Source: Holdemania sp. (GTDB taxonomy: Bacteria > Bacillota_I > Bacilli_A > Erysipelotrichales > Erysipelotrichaceae). Taken from it: DNA of 64,000 nucleotides. The DNA lies in NCBI GenBank assembly GCA_031551965.1, contig JAVBMW010000027.1, positions 5,808 to 69,807 of the forward strand. The letters run 5' to 3'. Position numbers and translations under genes: made by a program. How positions within the stretch are numbered: position 1 is the stretch's first letter; each line of letters starts with the position of its first letter. Under the pieces are notes generated by a model. It worked only from the letters and a program-made list of their open reading frames with translations. It ran no database searches and was not told the DNA's origin. Shown here piece after piece: positions 62,151 to 64,000 of the stretch.

Positions 62151-63094
62151 TATTCATTTCCTCCTAAACCGATGTAGTTTTTAACTTTTGTTTCAACAGT
62201 TGGATCTGCGAATGTAAGACCTAATTCAACAGCTTTATTCCAGATGTTTTGAACGATCATTGTTGAATTGTTACTACGGATTCCAGAATAATAATCTTCT
62301 GACATGCTTAATGTTTCATAAGTTGAAGCATCACAGAAAATTAGATGATAACCATAATCTGTTTTAACCCAATCAGACATTTCACCTTCATTTAAAGCCA
62401 ATGAAGCAGCTAAGAATTCAGGTACATAACTAGTATTGACATCAGAATAGCCTAAATAACCATAAGATTCATAACTTGAATCATCAGAATATTGATAAGC
62501 AACATCCCCGAAATCAGTACCTGCAGCTAAAGCTGCATCAATTTCAGACATAATTGCAAGTTCTTCAGCAGTTGGATTATTTGAATCTTCCATACTTACT
62601 AAGATATGTGATAATAAACGTGGTTTTAATTCGTCAAATTTATCACTGAATAATGTATCTTCATATACAGAAGAACGAGCTGATAATAACATAAATGCTT
62701 CTAAATCATTGTAGTCATTATAGCCATATTGACGAAGAATTGATGTAAGTACACTTTTGTATTCAGTTCCATATTGACTTTGGAATTGAGTAATTACAGT
62801 TGCAGCATCTGTTGCTGCTTGAGTTTTCATTTCATCAGTTGTTTCAACGACAGCTTCTAAAACTGCTTTTTGAACAAACATGAAGATTCCTTCAGCACTC
62901 ACTTCTTCAAACATGTCATCATAAAATTCATCAGCAGTTACATTTTTATCACCGATTGAATAGACGATATCTTTACCATCTACAGATTTTCCAGGAACGA
63001 CATCTTTTGATTGATCATAAACATAGTAGCCGATAGCTCCTACACCTAATAAACCAACTAAAAGTACGAACCAATATTTTTTTAATACTTCCAT
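62150..63094 (-). CDS. PrsA-like foldase with parvulin-type PPIase domain (TM-anchored)
   Basis: N-terminal TM. Parvulin block LLSHILV ... GYLGYSD ... FL-A-L-L--GE-S--V-T-YGYHLI. Confidence 0.7.
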   Translation of the reverse strand: MEVLKKYWFVLLVGLLGVGAIGYYVYDQSKDVVPGKSVDGKDIVYSIGDKNVTADEFYDDMFEEVSAEGIFMFVQKAVLEAVVETTDEMKTQAATDAATVITQFQSQYGTEYKSVLTSILRQYGYNDYNDLEAFMLLSARSSVYEDTLFSDKFDELKPRLLSHILVSMEDSNNPTAEELAIMSEIDAALAAGTDFGDVAYQYSDDSSYESYGYLGYSDVNTSYVPEFLAASLALNEGEMSDWVKTDYGYHLIFCDASTYETLSMSEDYYSGIRSNNSTMIVQNIWNKAVELGLTFADPTVETKVKNYIGLGGNE

Positions 63095-63282
63095 TTTGTT
63101 TCCTCCATTTAGTTAAACCTTTCTTATTATATTTGATTATGAGCATAAATACAATTTATTTCACAAATTTGAATCTGAATTTTATGTGAACAAAAAGATA
63201 GTAAATCAGCATATCAATAAGGTTTATGCTATAATATGCCGTGTATACTAACAAATATGATACAGGAAGGATAAAATAATTT

Positions 63283-64000
63283 ATGAATCAATTAATCATT
63301 AGAGACTTAGTGGTGGAAATAGAAGGAAAACAGATATTAAAGGGTATAAACTTAACAATTAATGAAAATGAAATCCATGCATTGATGGGACCCAATGGAA
63401 ATGGAAAATCAACATTGCTTGCAGCAGTGATGGGACATCCAAAATATACTGTAACTAGCGGCACGATTACATACAATGGTGAAGATGTTCTAGCTATGAG
63501 TGTTGATGAAAGAAGTCGTAAAGGACTATTTTTAGCTATGCAATATCCGCATGAAATTTCTGGTGTAACTAATTCTGATTTTATTCGTACTGCAATGAAT
63601 GCTCGTACAGAAAAACCAGTTTCTTTGTTTAAATTTATTAAAGAAATGGAAAAATCGATTGCACAAATGGAAATGAAACCAGATCTTGCCCATCGTTTTG
63701 TAAATGATGGTTTTTCAGGTGGTGAGAAGAAACGCAACGAAATCATTCAAATGATGATGTTAAAACCAACCTTGGCAATGCTGGATGAAATCGATAGTGG
63801 TTTGGACGTTGATGCTTTAAAAATCGTAGCGAATGCAATTATCAATATGCAAAAGGAACAATCCCTTGGATTACTTGTAGTTTCTCATTATGAACGTTTT
63901 TATCAACTTCTACAACCAACTCATGCCCATGTGTTGATTGATGGAAAAATTGTGAAATCGGGTAATTATGAATTAGTAACTAAAATCGATACTGAAGGTT
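63283..64000 (+). CDS. sufC: Fe-S cluster assembly ATPase SufC; 3' end cut by window edge
   Basis: MNQLIIRDLVVEIEGKQILKGINLTINENEIHALMGPNGNGKSTL ..., FSGGEKKRNEI and LAMLDEIDSGLDVDAL. It has no stop in the window, so it is absent from the ORF track. Confidence 0.9.
   Translation, partial: MNQLIIRDLVVEIEGKQILKGINLTINENEIHALMGPNGNGKSTLLAAVMGHPKYTVTSGTITYNGEDVLAMSVDERSRKGLFLAMQYPHEISGVTNSDFIRTAMNARTEKPVSLFKFIKEMEKSIAQMEMKPDLAHRFVNDGFSGGEKKRNEIIQMMMLKPTLAMLDEIDSGLDVDALKIVANAIINMQKEQSLGLLVVSHYERFYQLLQPTHAHVLIDGKIVKSGNYELVTKIDTEG

Noticed and set aside
63288-63746. 152-aa minus-strand ORF from the supplied track
   Set aside because: It lies antisense to an unmistakable sufC reading frame on the plus strand (Walker A GPNGNGKST, FSGGEKKR, Walker B LDEIDSGLD). 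That frame is missing from the track only because it runs off the window end. The product has odd composition and no RBS.

Overview
This window looks like a 64-kb chromosomal segment of a low-GC, endospore-forming Bacillota-type genome. It is mostly core housekeeping genes in Bacillus-like blocks:
- lepB / rbgA-rnhB
- rimO
- hpf
- spoIIGA-sigE
- ptsI
- yqeG-yqeH-yhbY-nadD/yqeK-rsfS-yqeM-mtnN
- dnaD-nth ... ponA-recU
- gpsB followed by RNase P RNA
- prsA-like genes
- sufC, truncated at the 3' edge

RNA genes I can support are one tRNA-Ser(GGA) and a Bacillus-type RNase P RNA. I saw no rRNA, CRISPR array, transposase or integrase.

The less ordinary parts are:
1. A strong promoter, a 24-codon leader ORF and an intrinsic terminator lie upstream of a translationally coupled ankyrin-repeat protein and an EF-G paralogue. 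In the paralogue the switch-II catalytic His is Tyr (DTPGY). An ANT(6)-family aminoglycoside nucleotidyltransferase gene sits next door.
2. An AT-rich accessory patch holds an unknown HTH-like protein, an ECF sigma factor and a zf-HC2 anti-sigma factor. It is followed by a roughly 120-bp duplicated fragment of the first gene and an orphan paralogue of the anti-sigma membrane/extracytoplasmic part, which reads as a decayed tandem duplication.
3. A carrier-protein-like gene lacks the canonical Asp-Ser phosphopantetheine site and sits where ptsH is normally found, overlapping the ptsI start.
4. A GntR-controlled EtfAB plus FAD-oxidase cluster (lactate-type) has two TGGT-N3-ACCA operators.
5. A 1330-aa GGDEF-sensor-GGDEF(degenerate)-EAL protein is present.
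6. nadD and yqeK are fused.
7. PBP1A carries a long C-terminal tail with a duplicated module.

All functional calls come from motif recognition by eye. No database search was run.
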